Below are positions 52,930-64,000 of a stretch of DNA of 64,000 nucleotides, in pieces. Source of the stretch: Sphingomonadaceae bacterium (GTDB taxonomy: Bacteria > Pseudomonadota > Alphaproteobacteria > Sphingomonadales > Sphingomonadaceae); contig JANWWL010000003.1 in NCBI GenBank assembly GCA_025056155.1, forward strand, positions 2,245-66,244, in the 5' to 3' direction. Below the pieces are notes generated by a model. The model saw only the letters and a list, made by a program, of their open reading frames with translations, did no database searches and had not been told where the DNA came from. Every line of letters starts with the position of its first letter. Positions within the stretch are counted from its first letter, which is position 1. The position numbers were made by a program, and so were the translations under genes.

Positions 52930-52956
52930 GGCCACCTCCTGGCCTAGGGGCTTGCC

Positions 52957-53355
52957 ATGCCCCTTATGGCGCCCACGAGGGAAGAAATCGAGGATCTGGC
53001 GCGCGCGGCCATCGACCGTCTGCCCGAGCCCTTCCGCCGGTACCTCGACGACGTCGTGCTGCACGTGGCCGACTTTCCCGACGACGACACGCTGGCCGAG
53101 ATGGGGCTGGAAAGCCCGTTCGACCTCCTGGGCCTCTACCGCGGGCACCCGGTGGGTTCGACCGGGGCCGAGGCCACGGGCCGGCTGCCGCCCACGATCT
53201 TCCTCTATCGCCGGCCCCTCCTCGACGTCTGGGCGGAAGGCGAGGAGAGCCTGGAAGCGCTGGTGACCCACGTGCTGGTGCACGAGGTGGGCCACCACTT
53301 CGGCCTGTCGGATGCCGAGATGGAGGCGATCGAGGCCCGCGCTCAGGACGCCTGA
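52957..53355 (+). CDS. small zincin-type metallopeptidase-family protein (DUF1025-like)
   Basis: 132 aa with the HEVGHHFG zinc-binding motif. Confidence 0.65.
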   Translation: MPLMAPTREEIEDLARAAIDRLPEPFRRYLDDVVLHVADFPDDDTLAEMGLESPFDLLGLYRGHPVGSTGAEATGRLPPTIFLYRRPLLDVWAEGEESLEALVTHVLVHEVGHHFGLSDAEMEAIEARAQDA

Positions 53356-54065
53356 GCCAGGCGGAAGCGTTCCAGCAGCTCCGCCACGAAGGCCGGCACC
53401 AGCGTGCCCGCGGGACCAGTGCGGGTCTCGTGGAAGCGACCGGACACGAGCGACGGCTCGAGATTGAGCTCGAGGCAGTGCGCCCCCGCCGCCCGCGCCT
53501 CCTCGACGAACCCGGCCGCCGGATAGACGTGGCCCGACGTGCCGATCGCGACGAACAGGTCGCTTCGGGCGAGCGCGGCGTAGATGCGGTCCATGTGGTA
53601 CGGCATCTCGCCGAACCACACCACGTCAGGCCGCATCCGGCCGCGGGCCCCGCAGGCGGGGCAGGCGGGGTCGCCCGATAGGGGTCCGTCCCACCGATGG
53701 CGCGCCCCGCAGGCAAGGCACCAGGCCGACCGCAGCTCGCCGTGCATATGGACCAGCCGGCGCGCCCCGCCGCGCTCGTGCAGATCGTCGACGTTCTGAG
53801 TCACGATCAAGAGCTCGCCCGGCCAAGCGGCGTCCAGCTGGCCCAGGGCCCGGTGGGCGGGGTTGGGCTCCACTTGGGCCAGGCGGGCGCGGCGGGCGTC
53901 GTAGAAGCGCTGCACGAGCACGGGGTCGCGGGCGAAGGCTTCGGGCGTGGCGACGTCCTCGATGCGGTGCCCCTCCCACAGGCCGTCGGGGCCCCGGAAC
54001 GTGGGCACCCCCGATTCGGCCGAGATTCCGGCCCCCGTGAGGATCACGATCCGCGGCACGTCCAT
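53343..54065 (-). CDS. cobB: NAD-dependent protein deacylase (Sir2/CobB family)
   Basis: I place the start at [36 protein letters not shown] and Zn-ribbon cysteines are present. 240 aa. Confidence 0.85.
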   Translation of the reverse strand: MDVPRIVILTGAGISAESGVPTFRGPDGLWEGHRIEDVATPEAFARDPVLVQRFYDARRARLAQVEPNPAHRALGQLDAAWPGELLIVTQNVDDLHERGGARRLVHMHGELRSAWCLACGARHRWDGPLSGDPACPACGARGRMRPDVVWFGEMPYHMDRIYAALARSDLFVAIGTSGHVYPAAGFVEEARAAGAHCLELNLEPSLVSGRFHETRTGPAGTLVPAFVAELLERFRLAQAS

Positions 54066-54142
54066 GGGGCGCGCCCTGCCGGCGCGTTTGTCGGGGCGCA
54101 AGGGCGCTTGCGCGCGCGCCGGCCGCGTCCGACAGTGAGGCC

Positions 54143-54940
54143 ATGGCGCAGCAACCCGCAGGGCGGCTTAAGGTGGGCGTGATCGGGGCGGGCGGACGCA
54201 TGGGACAGGCGCTCCTGGCCCAGATCGCGGCCGCGCCCGACTTGGAGCTCGCCGGCGCGGTTGAACGGCCAGGCCATCCCTCGTGCGGGCAGCCGGTGGC
54301 GGGCGGCCTGATCGTGTGCGCGAACGTCGCCCCCGTGGCCCACCGCGCCCGCGTGCTGGTGGATTTTTCGACCCCTGAGGCCCTTCCGGAGACGGTGCGT
54401 GCCGCCGAGGAGGCGGACTGCGCGCTCGTGGTGGGCACGACCGGCTTAGGTCCCGAACACGAGGCCCTGCTCGACCGGGCCGCGCGGACCGTGCCGGTGC
54501 TCGCCTCGGCCAACATGTCGGTGGGCGTCCACCTGCTGGCCCGACTCGTGGAGGAGGCCGCCCGGCGTCTGGGCCCTGAATTCGACGTGGAGCTCATGGA
54601 CCTGCACCACCGGGCGAAGCGCGATGCGCCTTCGGGCACGGCCCTCCTGTTGGCCGAGGCGGCGGCCCGCGGCCGCGGCCGGTCGCTCGCCGAACTGCGC
54701 CTGCCCCCGCCTCAGGGCGTCTCGGGTCCGAGGCCGCCCGGGGGCATCGGCCTCGCCGCCCTGCGGGGTGGCTCGGCCGCCGGCGAGCACCGGGTGTGGT
54801 TCCTGGGCCCGGGCGAGCGGGTGGAGCTGGCCCACGTGGCCGAAGACCGCGCGATCTTCGCCCGCGGGGCGCTGGTGGCGGCCCGCTGGCTGGCGGGCCG
54901 CCCGCCGGGTCGATACGCCATGGCCGAAGTCTTGGGCTGA
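54143..54940 (+). CDS. dapB: 4-hydroxy-tetrahydrodipicolinate reductase
   Basis: 265 aa with the motifs [11 protein letters not shown] and [15 protein letters not shown]. Confidence 0.88.
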   Translation: MAQQPAGRLKVGVIGAGGRMGQALLAQIAAAPDLELAGAVERPGHPSCGQPVAGGLIVCANVAPVAHRARVLVDFSTPEALPETVRAAEEADCALVVGTTGLGPEHEALLDRAARTVPVLASANMSVGVHLLARLVEEAARRLGPEFDVELMDLHHRAKRDAPSGTALLLAEAAARGRGRSLAELRLPPPQGVSGPRPPGGIGLAALRGGSAAGEHRVWFLGPGERVELAHVAEDRAIFARGALVAARWLAGRPPGRYAMAEVLG

Positions 54941-55248
54941 GCGGCCGGATTCGCCGGGCGTCGATCGCGCTAGGGCGCCGCGGCGGCCGGCGAAGGCCCC
55001 GCGCCCCCCAGCCCGTCGAGCGCGATCGTCCCGGCGAAGCCCAGCAGGAAGCCTACCAGCAGCGCTTTCAGCATGTCGCTCGGCTCCGGCATCGAGTCGT
55101 CCGCACCCCTAGCGCGACGACGTGGCCGCTTCATTGCACGGAACCGACACCCGCTGGCCTTGAAAATGGCGTCCCCCTCGGGCATGTGCGCCATGGGCAA
55201 TGCCGGCATCGGCCGGTGCAAGCGAGAGTTCAGGTAACGCAGAGGTTC

Positions 55249-55467
55249 ATGGCCAAGGAAGAATTGCTCGAGATGCGGGGCACGGTCGTGGAACTGCTGC
55301 CCAACGCGATGTTCCGGGTCCGGCTCGAGAACGACCACGAGATCTTGGGGCACACCGCGGGCAAGATGCGCAAGAACCGCATCCGGGTGCTCACTGGCGA
55401 CGAAGTGCTGGTGGAGCTCACCCCCTACGACCTGACGAAGGGCCGCATCACCTACCGTTTCAAGTGA
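55249..55467 (+). CDS. infA: translation initiation factor IF-1
   Basis: 72 aa: [51 protein letters not shown]. Confidence 0.95.
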   Translation: MAKEELLEMRGTVVELLPNAMFRVRLENDHEILGHTAGKMRKNRIRVLTGDEVLVELTPYDLTKGRITYRFK

Positions 55468-55489
55468 GGAGGGGCCCGGGCATCCGGCC

Positions 55490-56074
55490 ATGACCCGGGC
55501 GGGCCCGGCGCTCGTGCTGGCGTCGGCCAGCCCGCGCCGGCTGGAGCTCTTGGGCCGCCTGGGTTTGCCCCCGCCGATCGTCGACCCGGCCGACCTCGAC
55601 GAAGAGCCGCTGCCCGGCGAACGGCCCGAGCGCTACGCCGCCCGCATGGCCGCGGGCAAGGCCGCGCTCGTCGCCGGCCGGCATCCGGGCGCGGTGGTGC
55701 TGGCCGCCGATACGGTGGTGGCCGTCGGCCGGCGGATCCTGCCCAAGGCGGAGGCGCGCGAGGAGGCCCGGGCCTGTCTGGAGCGGCTGTCCGGCCGACG
55801 GCACCGAGTGCTGACGGCCGTGACGGTGCTCGACGGGCAGGGTCGGGCACGCCACCGGCTCGACCGCACGGTGGTGGCGGTGGCCCGGCTGCTGCCGGCC
55901 GAGATCGAGCGGTATCTCGATTCCGGCGAGTGGAAGGGGAAGGCCGGCGGCTACGCCATCCAGGGCCGGTTCGAGGCGCACGTGCGCATGCTGCAGGGCA
56001 GCTTCTCGGGCGTCATGGGCTTGCCCTTGAGGCCCGTGCGGAACCTTCTCAAGGCGGCGGGCTTCGACCTGTGA
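55490..56074 (+). CDS. maf: Maf-family nucleoside triphosphate pyrophosphatase (septum formation protein)
   Basis: 194 aa with the motifs LVLASASPRRLELL, ADTVV and AGGYAIQG. Confidence 0.85.
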   Translation: MTRAGPALVLASASPRRLELLGRLGLPPPIVDPADLDEEPLPGERPERYAARMAAGKAALVAGRHPGAVVLAADTVVAVGRRILPKAEAREEARACLERLSGRRHRVLTAVTVLDGQGRARHRLDRTVVAVARLLPAEIERYLDSGEWKGKAGGYAIQGRFEAHVRMLQGSFSGVMGLPLRPVRNLLKAAGFDL

Positions 56075-57048
56075 CGCGGCCCGCCCGCACCCTGTTCCTT
56101 GACCGCCGGCCGGGCGAGGTGCGCGCGGCCGTGGTGGAGGGCGGGCGGCTCGTCGAGATGCACCTCGAACGCGCCAGCGATGGACCTCGGCCAGGCGCCC
56201 GCTGGGGGGCGCGCTTGGACCGCGACCCGTGGGGCCGGCCGGTGGTGCGGTTGGGCGCCTCGCTCGCCCTGCTGGACGCCCGCCCCGACGGCGTGCCCGA
56301 CGGCGCGCTTCTTGAGGTGGAGGTGGTGCGCCAGGCCATCCCGGAGCCCGGCCGGCAGCGCCCGGCCCGCGCGCGCGTGGTGGGCCGGTCCGCCGAGCGG
56401 GAGGGAGAGCTGAAGACGGCGCCCACCTTGGAAGCCCGCTTGGGCCCGGCGGAGGGCCCCTTCCCCGCCGACGTGGCCGCGGCCTGGGCCGAGGAATGGG
56501 CCCTGGCCGAAACGGGGCGCGTCGCCATCGCGGGCGGCGAACTCCGATTCAGCCCGACCCCGGCCTTCCTGGCGGTGGACGTGGACGGCTGGCCGGATCC
56601 GGTGGCGGCGGCCCAAGCGATCGCGCGGCGGCTCCGGCTGTGGGGCGTGGGAGGTGGCATCGCCGTCGATTTTCCCACCCGCCCCGGGCGCGCCTGGAGG
56701 CTGGCGGCCGCCCGGGCCTTCGACGCGGCGATGGCGGGTCTGGCCTTCGAGCGCACGGGCATTAACGGCTTCGGCCTGCTGCAGGTCGTGCGGCCCCGAC
56801 GTTATCCTTCGATCCTTGACCGGGCGCTGCTCGAGCGGACGTGGACGGCGGCCCTCGGCCTTCTCGACCAGGCGCTGCGCGAACCGCGGCCCGGCCGCCT
56901 GGCACTGGTGGCGCGGCCCGAGGTCGCCGCATGCCTCAAGGCCGCGTCGACCCTCCTGACCCAAGTCGCCCGGCAGGCGGGCCGGCCGGTCGAGGTGGTG
57001 GCGGATCCGTTGGCCGGCGAGGGCCATGTCGAGGTCCGGATGGCCTGA
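56071..57048 (+). CDS. short RNase E/G-family ribonuclease-like protein
   Basis: The GTG start overlaps the maf stop (GTGA). Motifs FLAVDVDG and GGIAVDFP resemble the RNase E/G catalytic core. The maf-rng-yacG order is conserved in alphaproteobacteria, from memory. Confidence 0.55.
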   Translation: MTRPARTLFLDRRPGEVRAAVVEGGRLVEMHLERASDGPRPGARWGARLDRDPWGRPVVRLGASLALLDARPDGVPDGALLEVEVVRQAIPEPGRQRPARARVVGRSAEREGELKTAPTLEARLGPAEGPFPADVAAAWAEEWALAETGRVAIAGGELRFSPTPAFLAVDVDGWPDPVAAAQAIARRLRLWGVGGGIAVDFPTRPGRAWRLAAARAFDAAMAGLAFERTGINGFGLLQVVRPRRYPSILDRALLERTWTAALGLLDQALREPRPGRLALVARPEVAACLKAASTLLTQVARQAGRPVEVVADPLAGEGHVEVRMA

Positions 57049-57205
57049 GCGCTGTCCCGTGTGCCGGCGGCCCGCCACGGCGGAGCACGCGCCGTTCTGC
57101 AGCCGCATCTGCCGCGACCGGGATCTGCTGGCCTGGCTTGAAGGCCGCTACCGCCTGCCGGGGCCGCCCGCGCCGCCCAGCACCCCCGACGAGCCTGACC
57201 GTTGA
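57026..57205 (+). CDS. yacG: DNA gyrase inhibitor YacG (zinc finger)
   Basis: 59-aa ORF, below the track's length cutoff and translated by hand: MSRSGWPERCPVCRRPATAEHAPFCSRICRDRDLLAWLEGRYRLPGPPAPPSTPDEPDR. The CPxC...FCSxxC...DLxxW pattern is that of YacG. It overlaps the preceding gene by 23 nt. Confidence 0.7.
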   Translation: MSRSGWPERCPVCRRPATAEHAPFCSRICRDRDLLAWLEGRYRLPGPPAPPSTPDEPDR

Positions 57206-57241
57206 CCGCCCGCCGGCGCGAGTCCTAAGGGGTTCGGCGGC

Positions 57242-57316
57242 GCCTGGGTAGCTCAGTGGTAGAGCAGACGACTGAAAATCGTCGTGTCGGTGGTTCGACT
57301 CCGCCCCCGGGCACCA
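57242..57316 (+). tRNA. tRNA-Phe (anticodon GAA)
   Basis: A 75-nt cloverleaf folded by hand. Acceptor GCCTGGG/CCCGGGC with one G-U pair; anticodon arm GACGA-CTGAAAA-TCGTC; T arm GGTGG-TTCGACT-CCGCC. The CCA end is encoded. Confidence 0.88.
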
Positions 57317-57762
57317 TCGACTGACCCCCGCTCCCGGCACAGCGTCCTGTCCCCGTCCGACGTCGGCTGAGAGCCCGCCGGTCGGGGGCGCGGGTGGCCG
57401 ACCCCGCCGTGGGGCGGCCGTGGTCCGAAGCGTGCCTGAGACCCGCGTGCGAGCGACCGTCGCGCAGGCCCGCCCGAGCTCCTGGGCGGCCGAGGCGGGG
57501 CGGGGCGATGCGTTCCGCCCGTGCGTGCCGGCGCGTCGTGGCGGGCGGAACCGGCCGGCTCCCCGCTGCCGGCGCGCCTGCGTGAACCACGCTCCAGCAT
57601 AACGCCGGTCAACGCCAAGTCCCGTTCAGGATAACCCTCATCGCCCAATCTGCATCATAAACAAAGCCACGCGTCCTCCGTTTAGCCGACTGCGTCCTTC
57701 CAGGTCCACGTTTCCGACCCAGAAGGATAACACTTCGAAGTACTGGACGGGAGTAGGTCGTC

Positions 57763-58761
57763 ATGGCGAAACCTTGGGTCTGGCTCGGCATCCTCACCGC
57801 AACGACACTGGGTGCCGGCGCGTCGGCTTCGGCCAACACCTTCGAAATCCACTGCAGCGAACTGTCCGCCCGGTTCCGCGACGCGCCGGCGAACGCGACG
57901 CTCGTGGTGAGTGGCAGCTGTGGCCCGATCACCCTCAGTGATCGCACGCAGCCCATCCGCATCATCGGCAGCCAGTCGGCGGACCCTCGGTCGGGGCCGC
58001 GCGTGTCGATCCGCGGGCTCCAGCTCCTCAACTCGCGCGAGGTTGAGTGGGTGGGCGGCCATTTCGAGGCGCCGGAGGGCATCCAGGGTACGGGGCCCAA
58101 CGGCTACGGGATCAACATCCGCCGCAGCCAGAACGTCCGGCTGCAACGCGTGCACGTGTCCAATGCCGGCCGCGCCATCGTGATCAATTCCTCCGATAAC
58201 GTCAGCATCCACGGCAGCTACATCGAGAACGTCCGCTCGGAGGGCATCAACTTCGTGGATTCGGACGGGCTCCAGCTTGTCGGCAACACCTTCCGCAACT
58301 TCTCGCCAACGCCCACCCGCTGCACCCTCCCCGACGGCCAGGTGCTGTTCCGCGTCCGCCGCAGCCTGTGCGAGGGCTTGGGTGGCACCTGGCGCGACGG
58401 CAGCCACCCCGACGTGTTCCAGACCTGGAACGCCGAGCGGCGTGCGGTGCGCAACATCCTGGTGCAGGCGAACGACATCTTCCTGCCGTTCCCTGGCTCG
58501 GCGATGGGGATCACGACGCACGGCGCCGTGCGGGTCGAGAACATGCGTGTCCTCGACAACAAGGTCTTCGTGGATTCCGCCAAGGCGATTTTCGTGCACA
58601 ATTGCTGGGGCGACTGCCTGGTCCGCGGCAACACGGTGGGCGAGGCCAGCGACCAGCCGCCCCAGACGCCGGGGATCCACCTGGGCGAGTTCGGCGAGCA
58701 ACGGGCCTGCGGCAACACGGTCCTCACCCGCGTGCGGACCGGGACCGAGCCCTGCACGTAA
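57763..58761 (+). CDS. secreted right-handed parallel beta-helix repeat protein, cysteine-rich
   Basis: 332 aa with a signal peptide (MAKPWVWLGILTATTLGAGASASA). Beta-helix coils INSSDNVSIHGS and VRSEGINFVDSD are present, as is the motif SHPDVFQTW. It has visibly lower GC than its flanks and is a paralog of 37084-38433. Confidence 0.65.
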   Translation: MAKPWVWLGILTATTLGAGASASANTFEIHCSELSARFRDAPANATLVVSGSCGPITLSDRTQPIRIIGSQSADPRSGPRVSIRGLQLLNSREVEWVGGHFEAPEGIQGTGPNGYGINIRRSQNVRLQRVHVSNAGRAIVINSSDNVSIHGSYIENVRSEGINFVDSDGLQLVGNTFRNFSPTPTRCTLPDGQVLFRVRRSLCEGLGGTWRDGSHPDVFQTWNAERRAVRNILVQANDIFLPFPGSAMGITTHGAVRVENMRVLDNKVFVDSAKAIFVHNCWGDCLVRGNTVGEASDQPPQTPGIHLGEFGEQRACGNTVLTRVRTGTEPCT

Positions 58762-58780
58762 CCGCTGGACCGATCGGCGA

Positions 58781-58810
58781 CGGGCGGGGCGCCGGCAGGC
58801 GTCCCGCCTG
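58781..58810. terminator. long GC hairpin between convergent genes
   Basis: CGGGCGGGGCGCC-ggca-GGCGTCCCGCCTG forms about 13 bp with two G-U pairs, 20 nt after the beta-helix stop. There is no U-tract. Confidence 0.3.
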
Positions 58811-58839
58811 ACCGCCGTTCGGCGGCCGCCCGCGACCTT

Positions 58840-59355
58840 CGCGGTGAACCGCTCGACGAGCCCGTTGACGGCCGCCGCCACCTGGCCGGCCGCGGGCTCC
58901 CCGCGCCGCAGGTCGCCGGAGACCGGACCGTGCCCCACCGGCCGGTTCGTGCGCCCGTCGAACACGTTGACGGCCAGCGTCCCTTCCGTCACCTGCCGAA
59001 TGTCGACGTCGCGATGGGGATACGACCAGCCCCAGCCCAACGGCCGGCCCCAACCCGGATACCAGGGCCTCACCGGCCCCCGGTCGGTCACGTCCACCCG
59101 GTCGCGCGCGCCCAAGGTGAAGGCCGGCACGAAATCCCCGCCCGCATCCACCTTGCGGAAGCCCTTGGCGGCCAGGGCGGCGTCGAGCCGGTCCTTGATG
59201 TTCCGGAACAGAAGCGGGTTCACGCCCTGCTGCGTGCCCGTGAACGACCCAGGATAGCTGGCCCCGGGCCGGACGCCGAATTCGGGCGCGGCGGCGGTCG
59301 TGAAGCGCGGCGCGTTGGTGGTGGCACAGGCCACAAGCACGAGCGCCAGGGCCAC
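58840..59355 (-). CDS. DUF4136-family lipoprotein with an undefined 3' end (no nearby stop)
   Basis: DUF4136-like sequence LVACATTNAPRF...FRNIKDRLDAALAAKGF...VTEGTLAVNVFDGRTNRPV...VNGLVERF lies within track ORF 57682-59811. The only plausible start is the GTG at 59355. The frame then stays open for about 1.1 kb antisense to the beta-helix gene, so the native C-terminus and stop appear to be missing. The end coordinate given is only where the family resemblance stops. Confidence 0.4.
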
Positions 59356-59855
59356 GGCGAGAGTGCGAAGCCTCGGCGTTTCCCCCGGGTAGGTACGGGG
59401 GGCCTCTAGACCGGCGCCAGCCCGCGGCCTAGGGCTCGCCGCGGAGCCGCCGGGCCGGCCGGGGAGCCCACGACGTGCCCTGCGCACCGAACGAGGCGGC
59501 CGGCCCGGGCGCGGCCGGGCTCCAGTGTCGAGGGGGACACCGCCCCATCGTCGCGCGCCGCGCACGCGAGGTGGTGGGCTCGAAGGCCACGATGGTGGTC
59601 GATGCCCGCCGCGACGGCTTCGCCGGTGGTCCGACGCCGGCTGTGGTGGATCGGACGCTGCGGTTCCTGGCAGCGCCCCCGGGCGGGAGGGGCGGGGCGA
59701 CCGCCGGCCGACGGCCGGCCATGGGGCGGTCGGTCGGGCAGGAGGCCTCTGGGACGCCGGCGAAAAGTCCCATGGTCGGGATCCGTGCCGCCACCCGGCC
59801 CGACGGCCCACGGCCCCGGCCGCTGGCGGGGCCTGCGGCCATCATCGCTCGACCA

Positions 59856-59885
59856 CCCTTTCCCCGCGTCGGCGGGCCCCTACAT
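59856..59885 (+). promoter_or_regulatory. candidate RpoH (sigma-32) heat-shock promoter of clpB
   Basis: CCCTTTCC - 13 nt - CCCCTACAT, compared with the E. coli-type consensus CCCTTGAA-N13-17-CCCCATNT. It ends about 28 nt upstream of the clpB ATG. Confidence 0.3.
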
Positions 59886-59913
59886 CAAGTGCGCAACCGG
59901 AAAGGGCCACGCC

Positions 59914-62505
<2,592 letters not shown>

Positions 62506-62517
62506 GCGGCCGGGCGA

Positions 62518-63387
62518 TCACGGTCGCCAGCCGGTCTGCCGCGCCACTTCGGCCCACATGAGCTGGGCGAGGTGCCTGGCCACGGGCCCCGGCCGGCCCT
62601 GGCCTATCTCCGCTCCGTCCAGGCGGACGATCGGGATTACGGGGGCGGTCGTGGAGGTGAGGAAGAGTTCGGCCGCGCGCTGGGCTTCGTGAAGGGTAAA
62701 GGGCCGCTCGTCGACGGTGTAGCCCTGGGCCCGTGCGAGGCGCAGGAGCGTCCCGCGGGCGACGCCCGCCAGGATGGCCGCCGTGGGCGGATGGGTCACG
62801 AGCCGCCCCGCCCGATCGACCAGCCAGACGTTGGTGGAGGCCCCTTCCGTGACATGGCCCTGGGGGTCGAGGAACAGGGCCTCGAACGCGCCCTGGTTTC
62901 GCGCGTCCTCCTTGGCCAGCACCGCGCCCAGAAGGTTCGTGGTCTTCAGGTCGCAGCGCTTCCAGCGGGGATCGGGGCGGCTGATCGCCGTCACGCCCTC
63001 CCGCTGCAGGCCGAGCCGGCGGCGAAAGTCGAACGGGCGCACGGTGATGGCCACGGTGGGGCGGGTGCGGGGCGGGAAGGCGTGGTCGCGCCGGGCGACC
63101 CCGCGGGTCACCTGCAGGTGGAGGAGCCCGTCGTCGATCCGCGCGCGGCCCAGAAGCGACCGGACCACCAGTTCCAGCGCACGGGCCGAGGGCGCCCCCT
63201 CGATCCGCAGGGCGGCCAGGTTGCGCTGCAGCCGCTCGGCATGGGGAGCCCAGTCGAACGGCGTGCCGGCCAGTACCGCTACCACCTCGTAGACGGCATC
63301 GGCGAACTGCAGGCCACGATCTTCCACAGGCACGCCCAAGGCGGCGATGGGGCCGAAGCGGCCGTTCACCCAGGCGAGCGCGGGCAC
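62518..63387 (-). CDS. class IV aminotransferase (D-amino-acid or branched-chain type)
   Basis: 289 aa with the motifs DRGLQFADAVYEV, KTTNLLGAVLAK and EGASTNVW. Confidence 0.75.
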   Translation of the reverse strand: MPALAWVNGRFGPIAALGVPVEDRGLQFADAVYEVVAVLAGTPFDWAPHAERLQRNLAALRIEGAPSARALELVVRSLLGRARIDDGLLHLQVTRGVARRDHAFPPRTRPTVAITVRPFDFRRRLGLQREGVTAISRPDPRWKRCDLKTTNLLGAVLAKEDARNQGAFEALFLDPQGHVTEGASTNVWLVDRAGRLVTHPPTAAILAGVARGTLLRLARAQGYTVDERPFTLHEAQRAAELFLTSTTAPVIPIVRLDGAEIGQGRPGPVARHLAQLMWAEVARQTGWRP

Positions 63388-63444
63388 GGGCGTGGGCTAG
63401 AGGGCCGCGTTGCCGGGGGCAAGGCGGCGGGTTAGGCCGCACCC

Positions 63445-64000
63445 ATGGTCGCCATCGTGTGGTTCCGCAACGATCTGCGGCTGGCCGACCAGCCCGCCCT
63501 GGCCGCGGCGGCATCGAGCGGCCCGGTGCTGCCCGTGTTCGTGGACGACCGCCAGAGCCCGGGCGTGCGTGCGGAAGGGGCCGCGGCCCGCTGGTGGCGG
63601 GTGCGCAGCCTGGCAGCCCTCGACGCCGACCTGGCCCGCCGGGGCGGGCGGCTCCTGGTGCTGAAGGGCCCGGCAGCCCCGGTCCTTCGCGCGCTCGTCC
63701 AACGCGTGGGCGCCACCGCCATCCATGCCACCGCCCAGCCCGAACCCTGGTGGGGGCCCATCGAGGCCGAGCTCGGCCCGTCGCTCGTCCGGCATCCGGG
63801 CTCGTGGCTGCACCCGCCGGGCGCCGTCGTCACGGCCGCGGGCGCACCCTTCCGGGTGTTCACGCCCTTCGCCCGCGCGCACGAGGGGTTGGGACCGCCA
63901 CCGCGGCCGCGGCCCGCGCCCGCTCGAATCGCCTTCGCGCCGCCGCCCGAGCCCGCACCACCCTTGCCCCGCTTCAACCCGCGCTGGGCCCGGGGATTCG
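63445..64000 (+). CDS. phrB: deoxyribodipyrimidine photolyase, N-terminal part (runs off the right edge)
   Basis: The ATG at 63445 opens a frame with no stop before the window ends: MVAIVWFRNDLRLADQPALAAA...PVFVDD...FRVFTPF. It is not in the ORF track because it is open-ended. Confidence 0.75.
   Translation, partial: MVAIVWFRNDLRLADQPALAAAASSGPVLPVFVDDRQSPGVRAEGAAARWWRVRSLAALDADLARRGGRLLVLKGPAAPVLRALVQRVGATAIHATAQPEPWWGPIEAELGPSLVRHPGSWLHPPGAVVTAAGAPFRVFTPFARAHEGLGPPPRPRPAPARIAFAPPPEPAPPLPRFNPRWARGF

Noticed and set aside
57317-59400. Integrase, excisionase or att direct repeat marking a classical tRNA-Phe genomic island.
   Set aside because: No integrase-like ORF occurs in any frame. I found no convincing repeat of the tRNA 3' end; the only match is an 8-nt CCCCCGGG near 59380, which is meaningless at this GC content. 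I therefore report only a compositional and ORF-structure anomaly, not a mobile element.
59356-59855. The unusually long (about 560 nt) divergent spacer between the DUF4136 gene and clpB as a decayed gene.
   Set aside because: No frame shows protein-like sequence or family motifs. It may hold regulatory DNA, but I cannot support a feature beyond the sigma-32-like promoter candidate.

Overview
This is a very GC-rich chromosomal segment (about 70% GC by eye). Gene content and synteny look alphaproteobacterial, possibly Rhodospirillales or Acetobacteraceae-like; that placement is inference only. I can support about 50 genes.

The housekeeping genes all read as intact single frames. They are queH, prpBCD, pyc, metE, polA, truB-rpsO-pnp, nadA, msrB, maiA, phhB, cobB, dapB, infA-maf-(RNase E/G-like)-yacG, clpB, a class IV aminotransferase and a photolyase fragment. 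There are also two tRNAs, Arg-ACG and Phe-GAA.

The main accessory block runs from about 11.3 to 28.6 kb. It is a ped/exa/xox-type periplasmic quinoprotein alcohol-oxidation cluster. It holds a SoxYZ-like carrier, an MBL 'relay' hydrolase, two TonB-dependent receptors, a porin and a YVTN beta-propeller. It also holds a PedF-like cytochrome c, an MxaJ-like binding protein and a lanthanide-signature PQQ dehydrogenase. A LuxR-type response regulator, a FIST-PAS hybrid sensor, an aldehyde dehydrogenase and a second cytochrome c complete it.

The most notable observation is that five genes of this cluster carry frameshifts, in-frame stops or internal deletions. The rest of the window is almost entirely clean, so this looks like localized decay of the pathway, unless the lesions are localized assembly errors.

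Three other loci deserve a second look:
- A TonB receptor / GPH transporter / SMP-30 / secreted beta-helix locus at 31.3-38.4 kb.
- A lower-GC segment next to tRNA-Phe that carries a paralogous beta-helix gene.
- An SDR / DUF2141 / GT4 trio at 28.6-31.2 kb.

I found no CRISPR array, transposase, integrase or recognisable defense system. All functional calls come from reading the translated ORFs against remembered family motifs; no searches were run.
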